64,000 nucleotides of DNA from contig FLMG01001458.1 in the NCBI GenBank assembly GCA_900088475.1, positions 52,153 to 116,152 of the forward strand, in the 5' to 3' direction. The notes under the pieces are model-generated. The model did no database searches. It was not told where the DNA came from and worked only from the letters and a program-made list of their open reading frames with translations. Shown here in pieces: positions 26,572 to 39,264 of this stretch (the first letter of the stretch is position 1; every line of letters starts with the position of its first letter). The position numbers and the translations under genes are program-made. The DNA is from Hyphochytrium catenoides. Lineage: Eukaryota; Protista; Hyphochytriomycota.

Positions 26572-29500
26572 ATGACGACTCCTGTTCCGCCACCGGTATG
26601 CAGCGGTTACATTCGCTTGAAAGATCGCAGCGGCTTCTTCCGGACCAGGTAGCCTCTGCCTTCCTTTTTTACGAGTACCGTGCCTGTGCATTGCTATACT
26701 TATCACCCCGCTTACTCTCTGTAGGAGCACCTTTTTCTGCCAATTGAGAGGAAGGAGCGTATTCCTGTACCGCCATGAGAAGCACGCAGTTGTACCTCCT
26801 GGTGCCCCGGGGGCCGTGATGCCGCTGGAAGTCTATGAGATTCTTGACATTCAACAGCTTCATGGCAAGAAGTATGGGCTAATTCTTGTCTGCATTGAAA
26901 AGAGCAACAAGTAAGAAGAGAAAGGGCGAGCGAGGCCGCTGGGTGCGGCGTCAGTCCGGTACTCTGATGGGGTGTACTCTGTTCTTCCTCAGAATTGTCT
27001 GCGTTGCTCTGTCTCCTGGGAGGGTGGTAGTTTATATGCACTCGACGCCACCTAATCTTTCTTTACCCGCCTCCGCCCTATCATTCGCCTCTATTCCATT
27101 CATCTCATTCCAACCAGAGCTGAGAAGGAGCTGGAGCTAGATGTGGACGATGAACAAACGCGGAACGCGTGGATGGAGAGCATTCACTCCCAACTTGCCC
27201 TCTACGCCTCGAATTCTAACTCTAGGCCCCTTCTTGGTACGATTCCGAGGACCGAAGAAGCTCTTCTTTGTTGGCACTCTCCTACAATCCTCCCCTTACA
27301 TCTATTCTATGGCAACTTTCTTCTCTTCGTTTTAGCGATTCCTTCTATAACTCTGGCTGTCGCCTCACGGCTTGCCTGTCTCACCCTTTTGCTGGTAGGA
27401 CCTGATAACATGCCTCCGCCACAAGGTAAGATCTGCGACAAGTTAAATCCTATCTTTGGTGCCTTGTTGACTCCTCTTGTGATTGTTCTTCCTTTCGCTC
27501 AATATTCTCCCTTTTTTCCAGCTCTAACCAAATCTTGAACCGACAGAGCTGCCTGAAGTTGAGGTTGCGGAGATCCAAGTGCGAGGTCTGGGACTTGACA
27601 ACCGGGAAGGTGAGGTTATTAGGCGTGACGTGGGACGCAGCGAGCTCTCTGTATGTGCTTGGTTGTGTTGGGGTAATCCGCGGCACGAAAGAGAAAGTGA
27701 GAACAATTCATGGCTTTTTTGTGTGCGTCGTGCCCTTCCCCTAGAGCTAAGGTGCCAGCTTTACTCATAACCGCCCTCTTCCTGGCAGGAGAGAACAACT
27801 GTTTCTTGAACGTGATTGTGCAGAGCCTGTGGCACTTGGAGAGCTTCAGGACTCTACTGCTGAACACTGAGATTAGTAACAAAAGAACGAAAGAGACATC
27901 TGTCATCATAGAGCTCCAGGTAAATGCAAGCTTGACCACTTTGTCTATCGAGAAAGCTGTTGCTAGGCGTTAGCTTCTCAAGGCTCCTTCTATCTTTGTA
28001 CCCCTGCTGGTGTCGCTATCTTGCTTCTAGTTTCTTCTGTATGGCTAAAGGTCCCTTCTCTCTTCCTCAAGGAGCTATTGCGGCAATACCAAGATGCTCG
28101 AACGCACACTTTGAACCCTTTCAGTTTGCGGAAAGGTCTTAGCGAGCTCTATAAAAAGGTAGACTGCGGCACCGCTTGGGGTGCTACAATGGAGCACATC
28201 CTAAAGGGATTTGGGAATAGGAGAAGAGAGCAAGTGGACCGGAAAAGGATAGACACAGAGATACCAAAGAGACGACGAGAGCGATAACAATACCAGGGGA
28301 GTATCACTGTGAGTTCTAAGGCTTGTTAACCCGTGTCATTCTTCTCTGGCTGGTCCATTTCATCTATTCTTTAGGAACAAAAGTTTCAGCTTGGAGCAAT
28401 GGCAGACGCCGAGGAGACGCTGGTACGTCCATTTATAGCTAGTCTCCTTTTACTTATGTACTGATGGACCTCTAAGCGTTGAACTGGAAGATTTTCTAGA
28501 AGAGCTTCTCTCACTCTTTCGCTACCGCCTCCTACCCTCGTTGCCACCAAACACAAACAGATCACACTTTTGCAGTTGCTGCATGCGGAAACGGCTAGCT
28601 TTGACTCCAAGGACGGTTCATTTGACCCTGACAGTATATCTCACGCTGTCTTCAACTATCAGATGCACTCTAGAACGGTCAGCATGCGGCAATGGACGCG
28701 CTATCTCTTTCGCTACTCTGCGAGACGCTTGTTCACTTTCTCTGACAAACTGTCTCTCCCTTCAGTCGTGCCATCGCCTATCTTTACCTTCACTAAAAGC
28801 TCTGAGGAGAGCCTTCTTCCTATGAACACCTTATAACACTTCCTTTTCTTGCCTGCTATCTATTTGCATATTTTCTTCTAGAGATGTGGCAGTTGCTCCA
28901 GTGAGTCGCCCTGGGAGTTATATAGCGACATGGTGTTCAGCACTTATGCCTCAGAGATTACTCTGCGGCGATGGGATTGCTTAGAGAAGATTCTTAAGGA
29001 GTTTAACATTCAGCAGCCGCTAAGAAGCTGCCCTGAGGCCGACAAGTAAGTAGATGAAGAGTCCGAAGGGCAAGAGGAGAGAGGGACTCCCGTTGCTGCG
29101 CTTTGCTTATCTGCTCTGAAACCTTGTGCACGTTATTTTCTCCTCGATTGGTCTGGACACCCTTCACCTTTGTCGACTGACTGCTACATTTCTCTCCGAC
29201 ACCTATTCACGCACACTGTAGAACAAAGTGTATAGGAAAAGCTGCCACTGAGGTAAGTAAGGAGAAATGAAAGACTTATCTCTTTCTTCGCATGTTCTAA
29301 CAATCCCCACGTCCTCTTTTTTCTCTCATTTTTGCGCTTCTAACGGTCTTTGTCTTCTCTGCTATATCTATGTAGTTCGCCATCCAGCGGTTTCCTTTAG
29401 TCTTTACCCTTTCAATCATCTGGGTCTCCGATCGGGCTCCTTCGTCGGACATATCGGCCGTTCTTAACCTGTGCAAGCCAGAACTTCGGCTTGGTAAGTG

Positions 29501-31474
29501 GCTGTCATGGTGGGCTTTCCGGCATATTGTAGTAAGCTACGATTGATTGCGAACGTTTTGGCTAGGTTTATCAGGGTATGAAGTCTTGTTAGGGGTTCAT
29601 CTATCTCTTTTACACTCTTGTCATTTCGCTACTGACTGTGTGTGACCAGATGTGCTCACGCTCCGGGGAGATGCTCTTCGTGAAGCCACCGCGTTAGGCT
29701 CTTCGGTGCCTGTTTACCATCTCCGAGGTCTTGTGTGCTACTATGGGAAGCACTACTTTGCCTATTTTCTCTCGAAGCAGGGCATCTGGACACTCTTTGA
29801 TGACAAGACCGTCAAACCCGTAGGGGACTGGAAGGAGGTGGCAACAAAGTATGTCTCTCTCTCTCTCTCTTTCTCTCTCTTTTTCTTTACTATGTTTGCT
29901 AATACTCGTCTTCTTTTCCCTCCACTGCCCGCCTTTCTTCGACTATCAAGGGTTGCTCGAGGCCGCTACCAGCCTGTGTTGCTCTTCTATGAGCTTCCAC
30001 CTAGGAAACATGTGAGAGAGTTGCGGAATGTGTTGGCTCTGTGCCTCTATTGGATTTTTTGAACGACTGTATCTACTTTGCGCTACCCTTCCAAGCTTTT
30101 ACTTCCTGACCTGCACCATCTTTCAGGTCTTCTGACCACGGAGATTTCTCTCACATGGACTCTCTCTCCCTCTCTCCTTCCTTCTTTCTCAATCGCGCTC
30201 CTCTCTCCCTCCTGCCCCTACTCTTACACGCATTCTTTTTTTCTGTACCTCTCTTTCTTTCTCTCATACTCTCTCTCTTCCTGTCTGACGGCACTACGCT
30301 ACCCTATCCTACCATTTTGCAGGAGGAGCGAGCGCGGGACTACGTCCGGTCAAGGGCAAGCTCAATGCAACGCATGGTCACTGGCCATCCTTCTCACCCT
30401 TCACCCTCTACTCCTCACTCTGCCTCCTCACTACGAAAGGAAGATCATTTCAATCCTGCCAATATTCTGAACTATCCTCTGCACCAGCATTCTGGAAGGC
30501 GGGATTACAAGTCGCGAGAGCGGGATTTAGGATATAGCGGAGCAGTGACAGACCAGGCAGAGAGGGAAGAAGCGGAGAGTGTGGAGGCGTTGAAACCTAG
30601 AGTTGAGGCTCTTCGAAAAAAGATAAGGGCGGCAAGTAGTCCCTATCAGGGTCCATCTCCTCCTCTGTCCTCTCCCCTGTTCGCTGCTCCTCCTCTTCCT
30701 GCGCCCACAGAGGTGGCTGACGCGCCGCGGAGCAGCCATCTATTTGGTGTTCCACCAGTGGAAGGCCATCAGGAAGCAGCAAAGGAGGAGAGTGATAGAG
30801 ACGCACTAACCTCGAGGGAGAGAAAGCTCTCAGCGAGAGGGAGAATGCTGCTGGGAATGGGACTGGTAGATACACCGCGCTTAAGAAGGAGCTCACAGAG
30901 CTCTAATGGCAGTGCGGGGCATGGAGGAGTAGCAGGAGAGAGACTTCGGGCTGATCTGGAAGCAGCCAATGCTGGCCTGCGGACTCCTCCATTCTCTTCT
31001 CTTCCACCCCCAGCTCCTCCTCCACCTCTGCCCGCGTCTAGCACCGAAGGACAGACCGGTAGCAAGGTGCAGCTGAATGGCTCCGCCGTAGAAGTTGCTG
31101 TGCCATTATCTGCAGAGAATGGACTTCGTCGTCTTTCTTCTTCCTCGTCTCTTTCTACCTCAAGTCTTGTCTCCTCTCCTCCTCTCTCTTCTCCGCCTCT
31201 TCAGGCGCCTTCTCTGCCTTCTCCTCCTTTGTCCTCGCCTCCTCCTTCTTCCTCCTTGACCGCCAAGTACTCTTTCTCATCTGGTCAGTCTGAGTATTAT
31301 GAGGTGACCTTCACGGATCCTGGCTCGTTGGGGATTCAGCTCGACAACACCAAGTACGGCCTGCTCTACGTGAAGGCTTTCCCCAGAGATCCTCAAACAG
31401 GTGAGACAGAAAGACATGTTGATCAACTGTGTAAGGCCGATATCAGCGGTATTTTGTTCCTCCTCTTCTCGCTT

Positions 31475-31515
<41 letters not shown>

Positions 31516-31941
31516 TCCCTCTCTCCATGTTGCCCTCCCATCCTTTTTATACCTTTCAACACTCTCTCTTATGTATATCTGTTGTCACCATATATGTACC
31601 ATCATTGCCCTGATGTGTTTGTCGCTCTCAGTTACCCTCCGCCGACGCGTCTTGCCCTATCTGACAAACTCTCTTTCTCTAGGAGCGCGGTACCAGGCAG
31701 AGAAGTTATATGGACATGTCATCTCTTTAGCGGATTTTGTCACCTCAGTGAACTCGATTCCTACCGCTTACTACCCCGTGGACAAAGCAGTCGCCCTCAT
31801 ATCTGCCCAGGTATTGGCTCACAGGCTGCTGTTCTTCTTGCAGATATCTTCTCTCTTTCTCAGCCCGTTGTTGCTCTGCCTCTGTCCTGCTGCTGTCTCT
31901 TACATCATGTTTGCAAGAGGAGTGGTCTCCTACACTTCCCT

Positions 31942-31975
<34 letters not shown>

Positions 31976-31981
31976 AATCTG

Positions 31982-32014
<33 letters not shown>

Positions 32015-32380
32015 CCGTCTCTCTCTCTCTGTCTCTCTCTCTCTTTCTCTGTGCGCATCGTAGCTGTCTCCTTTGCCTCACTGTCTACGATTCTTCACAC
32101 TACTTATTTCTTTCGTCTTTGTGGCCCTATGAGCTTCCGCAAGCATATTTTTTACCTTTTCTTCTTCGTCTCACCCCCTGACCTGGTCCTCCTCTGTGGC
32201 GCTTGCTGTCAGGGCCGCCCAATAACGTTACGCTTCAAGCGGAACAGTGTGCTTCTGCAGCACATTGAGTCTTATCCTCAGCTCTCCCCGGAGATGGTGA
32301 CGGCCGTCTATCTTCAGTACGATGGCGACATCAGGATGCTGAACATGGGCTTGCAAGCAGCACTGCAAAGGCAGATATAA
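26572..32380 (+). CDS. USP53/USP54-like deubiquitinase with N-terminal PH domain and C-terminal PDZ and CUE-like domains, multi-exon
   Basis: PH: VCSGYIRLKDRSGFFRTRSTFFCQLRGRSVFLYRHE...ELELDVDDEQTRNAWMESI. Cys box GLGLDNREG/ENNCFLNVIVQSLWHLESFR; FQLGAMADAEE; His box YHLRGLVCYYGKHYFAYF..WTLFDDKTVK..YQPVLLFYE. Then a Pro/Ser-rich linker, PDZ (YEVTFTDPGSLGIQL..SVNS..RPITLRF) and a CUE-like tail (YPQLSPEMVTAVYLQYDGDI). Start codon tentative. Confidence 0.85.
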
Positions 32381-33554
32381 CAGACAATAGAGACAGGAAC
32401 GCTGACCCGGAAGAGTTAGCTAGTAAGCTCAAAAGGGCAAGGGTGAATGACACAGACCAAGGCTGCTGTGAAGGCTACAGAGCCTAGATATGACTGGGGA
32501 GATGCATGAGGAGAGAGAGAGAGAGCGCTCTCCTGATATTGAGAGGGTGGAAGTGCTTCAGATCCCAGTAAACATGTCCATAGACACTGCTGCAACGTTG
32601 CTACTGCTGATGCCATCATGGCATTTCTTCCTTTGGCTCTTTCTTTGCTGTTGCTTGTCTCCTCTTCTTCCCCGAGGCCAAATCTGTCTCTTGTCTTCTA
32701 ACTCTGCTGTTCAGATAATCTTTCTAAAGAAAGAAGGGCATAGCTTAAGAGAGGACAGCCTTTATCATAAGGCAGGGGCGGGAACTGATGGCTCCTTGCA
32801 GGAGCGTTGCGGTCACCTACAGCACTGCGCTGACAACTAGGGAAGGGGGAGATCTATGCAGAGGCGAGAGGAGGAACAGTGCCATAAGAGAGAGAGGAAG
32901 AGAAGGCCCTGCTCCACCGTCTTTTTCCTCCTGTTTATTGACCATCTTTCTCTCTCTCTCTCTCTCTCTCTNNNTAGATAGCCGTTAGCACCTCCAGAGA
33001 TTTCTTTCTCCCATCAGAAACACAGAAAGAGATCCCTACCTTCTTGCTCTCTCTCTCTCTCTCTCTGCTTCTCTCTCTCTGTCTCTCTGTCTCTCTGTCT
33101 CTCTCTCCCTCTCTCCCACTCTCTCTTTCTCTCTCTCTTTCTCTCATTCTTTCTCTCTTTCTCTCTTACTCTCCCTCTCTCTCTCTCTATCGCTGTCTCG
33201 CTCTGCTCTTGGTGCTTCCTCGTTCACTCTGTTGCTCGCTTTCCAATCCCTAGTCCCTCGGTCGCCTTGGCCATCGAGTTCACCTTGTAAGACGCTTCTG
33301 TTTCTCTACTCCTGCGGCACGTAGGGTTGAGAAGTGTAAGTCCTAGGAGTAGATCGCCGGAGAGAGACAAGCTAGGAGAGAGGGAGAACAGAACAGAAAG
33401 AGAGAAGGGGAGACAAAGGGAAAGAGGGGAAGAAAAGAAGACAGACGCGACGTAGCTGAACCTTGTACATCAGCAAGGAGAACGAGGAGGCAGTCGCATC
33501 AAGGACGGGGTTCGAGGGACAGGGAATAGCCTATAAAAAGAGAGAGAAAAAGAA

Positions 33555-33595
<41 letters not shown>

Positions 33596-34472
33596 GAGTG
33601 AGAGAGAGAGAGACGCGCGTGCGAAAAGAGATGGAAGTACTGGACGCTTTCCATTTCATTGAGGGTCTCCCAGACAACTCGCTCCATCGCCTCTACGCGG
33701 ACCCGTGGACATGCCAGGCAGTGTTTCAATCCCTCAGCGCCCTCGCCAAACAGTGAGAACTTCTCTTCTTCAGCTTCTTCCATCTCAGTCCCTGATCCTG
33801 ATCTGCTCCTTCTCCCTCTGTCTCTGTCTGTCGGTCTGCCTTTTTGTCTCTCTCTCTTTCTCTCTCTCTTCCTTCTTCCCTTCTACACTTCCCTATATAT
33901 CTTCTCGTCTCTCTCCCTCTCTGTTAACGCTGTGCCTGTCCTTATGCCGAACCTTCCACTTGAGCTCCGACGAACTTTGATGTCTTGCTCTCTCTGGATC
34001 ATCGCTGACTCCCTATCACGGCGCTATCTCCCTCTTTCTCTCTCATCATATCTCGTTTTCGCTTTCTGTCTCTCTCTCTCAGTCTTCTCTCTTTTCCGCT
34101 TCTGTCCCTTCTTTTTTTTTTCCCGTCTGTGGACTCTCCCTCTGTCCCTTACTCTTTCTTTCTCTCTCTCTTTCACCCTCTCTCGGCCTTGCTAGATCTT
34201 TCCCTTTCTTGTCTCCTCTTATTCTGCCCTCTCTCTCACGCTCTCTTGTCCTCTCTCTCTCTGTCTCTCTCTTTCTCTTTCTCAACCCCGTTGCTGTCAT
34301 CTCTCTCTTTCTTACACGATGTTTTAACGATAGGTTTGTCATCCGTCTCCTCTGTGTGGCTGGCGCTTTCGAAGTGAAGTCAATGCGCTTCTGGCTTAGC
34401 TCCGGCACCGACAAACAGTTTGATGATGTTTTGGAGGAGGTAACCCAGCAGGGGAGGTGGAAGACTCGTGGG

Positions 34473-34526
<54 letters not shown>

Positions 34527-35370
34527 AAGGAAGAGAGAGATAACAAGGAAGAGAGATGGTGCAAGTTTTTGTGCTTTAGATAGAGTATTGTGTGTGAGAG
34601 AGACAGAGAGAGGGAGAGAGAGAGAAGTGTCCATGTTTCTCTCGCTGCCATCCCTCAAGCTGAACATCCGCCTCTGTATAAATCTTTTAACTGAGAGAAG
34701 CGCTTGACGTAGTGGGGAAACGTCTCAAGCTCTTTACGGCTTTCTCCCTCTCGTTCTTTCTCTGTAGGCCGACCTCTTCATCTCTCTCTCTCTCTCTCTT
34801 CAAAGCGCTCACTTTCATGTCACTTTTGTTCGTTCGGCGTAGATAAGACGAGTGAGATTCTTAGAAGGAGATGACCTGGACCGCGTCCGCCTTAATCCAC
34901 AAGTGCTCCATAACCTCAAGGTGGAGGCGCTTCCTCTTGCTCCGACACTCCGCNNNNNNNNNNNNNNNNNNNNNNNNNNNNNNNNNNNNNAAGGACGTGA
35001 CGGTTTAAAGGCTGACAAAAAAGCGCCATCCCCAGAGGAACTGGATGCTTACTCAAGGAGCCGATGGGATATGGTCCTGCACTACATGGTGAGTTGAGAG
35101 AGGAAATCCCAGAGAGGAAGAGGCATGGACGGAAACACTTCGGGATGAAAAGGCGCCAAGGAGAAGTGTTAGATAGTGTCAGATTCTTATGGTTTGCTTT
35201 CTTCTCGGCCGCTGTGACTTCCTGGAAACTCGTTGTCTCTTTGTTTGCCTCTCTCCCACGCAACCACCTGTTGTCATGCTTGCAGCCGCACATCTGGCCC
35301 CTTCCCATACTCTCCTCTTCTCTCTTCCCTCTTTCCTCTGTCTCTCTCTTTATTTATTCATCTATCTCTG

Positions 35371-35402
<32 letters not shown>

Positions 35403-35460
35403 TTATCTATCCTTCTATCTCTGTCTCTCTCTCTGTCTCTCTCTCTCTCACACACACACA
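31466..35460. repeat. Cluster of (CT)n/(GA)n microsatellites in introns and intergenic DNA
   Basis: Tracts near 31470-31510, 31940-32050, 32945-33190, 33540-33612, 34475-34524, 34780-34800 and 35340-35460. Confidence 0.95.
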
Positions 35461-38028
35461 ACCGCTTTACCCCGTTCTCACTTTCTCTCACTCCATCTAT
35501 CCGTCCTCAATCCCTCTCTCTCCAGGTGGGCTCTGAAGAAGTGGAAGACCCTCCGCCAGAGGTTGTGGGGCTGCTGTTAAAGACTGGACTCATGAGGGAG
35601 AACGAAGATAGGAGATCCCTGCATATTACGGATGTGGGCTATGAATTCATGCTTAAGGATGTGCACGTTCAGGTAGAAAACTTGTTCCCATTTCTGTGTG
35701 CAGGATCTACCTCTGGCCTATAAACCTGCAACTCTTGCTTTCTCAGACTATCCAGCTGAATGCTAATGTGAGCTCTCCACTGCGATCTCTCTCTCGCTTC
35801 TCTCGTTTTTCGTCTTTCTCTCTCTTGTCCTCGCAGATATGGACCTTTATCGTGGAGTATATGAAGACATGCGAGCAAAAGGCGAAGCCCATCCCACGAG
35901 ATGAGGTTTTGAAGTTTCTTTTTCAGCTCAGGTCAGCCATAAGCCTCTCCAGTTCCAGTCTCTCTCTCGCCCTTTCTCGTTTGCGATGGTGGTCTCCGTT
36001 CACGTCCGGGCTCCATTTTAATCTCTGCACACCCTTTGCCATCAAGAGCTAGCTCTTGACTAAGACAACATGACTGCAGCTACTGCAGAATGTATGAGTA
36101 TTATGCTGTCAACAGCCTCTCTCCGGACCAGCAGGTTCTTTTAGGCGATCTTAGTAATTTTGGCTTGCTCTTCATCCGGAAGAAGTCATCCCGGCGGTAT
36201 GCGCACGGCAGAGCTGACGACTCTTATTATCGCCGCATGCTTTGTCCTCCAACACCGAGTAGTCCTCTCTTCCTCTCTCTATTTAGCGTTGAAAGCACTG
36301 AGCTCTTTTCTTTCCTTCAGGACCTTATTCCGATCTCTGATTACCCTTTGTCTCCTACGGCGCCAGTCCTTTGATACATTCGTCTGCCTCCTTCCCAATC
36401 GCATTCTTGATCTTTTTTCTCATGTCGCGGACGCTTGGTCTGTCTGCAGGTTCTATACAACCCGTCTATCCGTAAATCTTATCTTTGGCAGCAACCACGG
36501 AGGGCAGATTCAGATGGGCGGAACTGCGAGAAGCCTTGTAAGAAAAAACTACCTGCCATACAGCTGTCGCTCAACGCCATTCTATGCTAACCCGCATGGT
36601 CTTCGTGACCTCCTATCATGCTGCTGCTGAAGGCCACTTCACTCCCTCTCTCGATGTCGGAGGCAGCAGCGCCTCTACAGCTTATAGTTGAGACGAACTT
36701 CAAAGTGTACGCATATACAACCTCTTCCCTGCATGTCTCCATGCTTGGACTCTTTGTAGACATCGTGGTACGTTACTTGGCGAGGTGAAGGGGCAAATCA
36801 CACCTAAGAAAGACAGGAGAAAGGGCAACCTGTGTAGTCAGCCTGCTTTCGAGGGAGAGGGAGAGATCTGACAGAGCGAGAGAGTTCCCTCTAGCGACTA
36901 GAGTAGTATTGAGAGATCGAATGTGAAAGGCTTGGCAAGGGTGGATATGCTAAGAGTCTCTACGTAGATGCGATTGCCTAACATCATTGTGGGGTACATC
37001 ACGAGAGAGAGCCTTCGCTACGCTCTGGCACACGGGATCTCTGCTGCTCAGGTACAGAAAAGCTTTTAGCTAAGTGTCAATCAGTCAATGTGGTCTTTTA
37101 TCTATTCAACTCTGTGTTCCTTAACTTTCTTGACCCATCGTCCCTCTAGCCTCTGTCTCTCTTCTTGCTCTACTCTTCGTCTCTCTCTTGCTTCTCCGTA
37201 ATATATTCCTCTTTCCCTTCTCCTGTTAAAGTTCCTTTCTTCTTCTCCTCAGATGCGCCTCTCTGCAGCCATGCATACATGACACATGTGTCTCTCTCTC
37301 AGATTGCTAGCTTCTTGGTAAAGCACAGCCATCCTAAGATGCGACAAAGAACAGATATTATCCCGACCAACATCCTTGATCAGATCTACCTCTGGGAGGT
37401 ACGTGCACTCGTGTGGTCAGGTTCATCTCCTGCTGACTAAAGACGGTTTGGCCTGCATATCTTTTCCGGCTCTGTTGCACTTTCCCCTTTTCCCCCCTCT
37501 GTCTTGTTTCTCTCTGTGTCTCTCTGTCTCTGTGTCTCTCTCTCTTGTCCTATCTCTATGTCTATCTCTCTGACATTACTCTCCACGTTCCGCTCTGTCT
37601 CCCTTCCCGTCTCTCTATCTTCTTGGTCTTGGCATGCGTCGGCTGCTCTTGCATTTGCAGAAGGAGCGCAAGCGCGTTCAATATTACCCTGCTGTTCTGA
37701 TCACAAACTTCAACTCAGGAGAGGAGTTTCGAGAGGTGCGGCGCCGTAGCGAATATTCCCTCGCAATGTGTCTGCTTTCAACCTCGGTCGTGTCTGATCT
37801 TCACTATCTGCACCTAAGTTGTTAGTTCCACGTCCCTTCTATCGCCTTCTTAGCGATTTAATCCTTTGATGCGAAGGTTGATCGGTCATACTTCTCCAGG
37901 CTGTTAACTATGCGCGGGATCTGTCGGCACTACTCTGGCAAGACGATGAAACGATGCGAATGGCTATAAACAAGGAATCTGCGGACAGCATGAAGGCTTT
38001 CTTCCGCACCTTAACAGTGAGAAGATAG
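33631..38028 (+). CDS. GTF2H4: TFIIH subunit p52/Tfb2, multi-exon
   Basis: MEVLDAFHFIEGLPDNSLHRLYADPWTCQAVFQSLSALAKQ; LDAYSRSRWDMVLHYMVGS; ITDVGYEFMLKDVHVQIW; LIVETNFKVYAYTTSSLH; RLPNIIVGYITRESLRYALAHGISAAQIASFL..HPKM..IPTNILDQIYLWEKERKR. Stop TAG 38026-38028. Confidence 0.93.
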
Positions 38029-38799
38029 TGATAATGGAGACCATCCTGAAGTATCTTGGAGCTTTGGGCTAAGCGCGCGCAACGCGAGGAGAGGAAGGCG
38101 AAGAAATTGCTTATCGCAAGAATAAGCCGATAGCTGACGACTCGTGCGCGAAACTTTAGGAGCTTATGCCAGCCAAGGTTATATAGCCACGGAAGCTATC
38201 GAGCGGACGACGCAAACACGCGATGCACCCCTTTCACAAGATTTGGGTTGCGCTTAGGACCACGGGGAGACTGTTGCCGTGGCCTGTAGCACACTCTGAA
38301 CGTCGTATCGGGTCACTGGAATGACTCTGTAGAGTTCGATTAGAGTTCCCTCGTCGGCTCCCCTCTAAGAGTCTAGTTTACCCTTAAGCCCTGGCCACCC
38401 GCAGCACAGAGCGGCCAAATAACGCTATAAGAACAGAGTACTCTTCGACCTTATTTATCTGACATTAAACCTCAGGTATGCGTGGCTACTGAGGCAGGGA
38501 CTGTCTCTAGATCCCGACAGAATGCTGTCATCGAACTAGGTTTGTGAGATAACAAGGCCACTGATGCGGGATGGAGGAAAGCAGATGTATTGACTCGGTT
38601 CTTAGAAGGATAATTAGCGTCTTGAAGAATCCACCTGCTTGAGAAGTCCCGTCTGGCTCGCAGTCAACAGGTTTACCCGTTGAGCAGCGCAACAACAAGC
38701 CCTCTGGTCTCTCTGAGAGACCATCGACAGCTAAGAGTTAAAGGACTGAAAAATAAATGTTCTGGCTCCATAGAACTACATAAGAAAGGAGAAGATGGC

Positions 38800-39264
38800 C
38801 TATTCCTTCTTGTCATCCTCGTCGTAGTGAGCCTTGGTGTCTCTCCTCGAAAGCGTGCGAGACATTTTGACAGTAGGCTCGTGAGAGTTGATTGGGTTCT
38901 TCACCATGTAGGCGAGCTTTGGCTTGTGCGTGGTCCTGCGGACAACTTTTGTTTAGAAACGGAAACTGCGCGCTGAAATGTGGATGCTGATACTTTTGCT
39001 TACCAGTTTACGCCCTCATCGTAGTTCTCCCTATAAGTGGCAGCGCGGTTTCCCTTCTCAATCTTAACATCGGGGCTTCTTGCCAGGTACCGTCCGGAGG
39101 CGAAGGAGACCAGAGCGATAGCGCCGCCAAGAACACCAATAATTGGCCAGGTCTATCGGTTCAACAGGAGTAAGGATTAGCCATTGGTTTGATCGGAAGG
39201 TTCCGCGATCAGTTCAAGGGTCTTAACTTACGGCGCGGTCACGAGTCCATAGTCGCATTGCCAT
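38800..39264 (-). CDS. B12D/NDUFA4 (COXFA4)-family small mitochondrial membrane protein, 3 exons, about 105 aa
   Basis: Manual splicing gives MAMRLWTRDRA/TWPIIGVLGGAIALVSFASGRYLARSPDVKIEKGNRAATYRENYDEGVNW/TTHKPKLAYMVKNPINSHEPTVKMSRTLSRRDTKAHYDEDDKKE*. One TM helix is followed by PDV.I.K.NR....EN..EG, as in B12D. Both introns begin GTAAG and end AG. Confidence 0.85.

Noticed and set aside
30155-32380. 741-aa ORF as a single-exon membrane protein
   Set aside because: It reads through CT-rich GT-AG introns (LSLSLS runs); the real exons belong to the USP gene.
32935-35580. Many RERERE/LSLSLS ORFs (also 50684-51170 and 60026-60815)
   Set aside because: Translations of dinucleotide microsatellites that lack stop codons.
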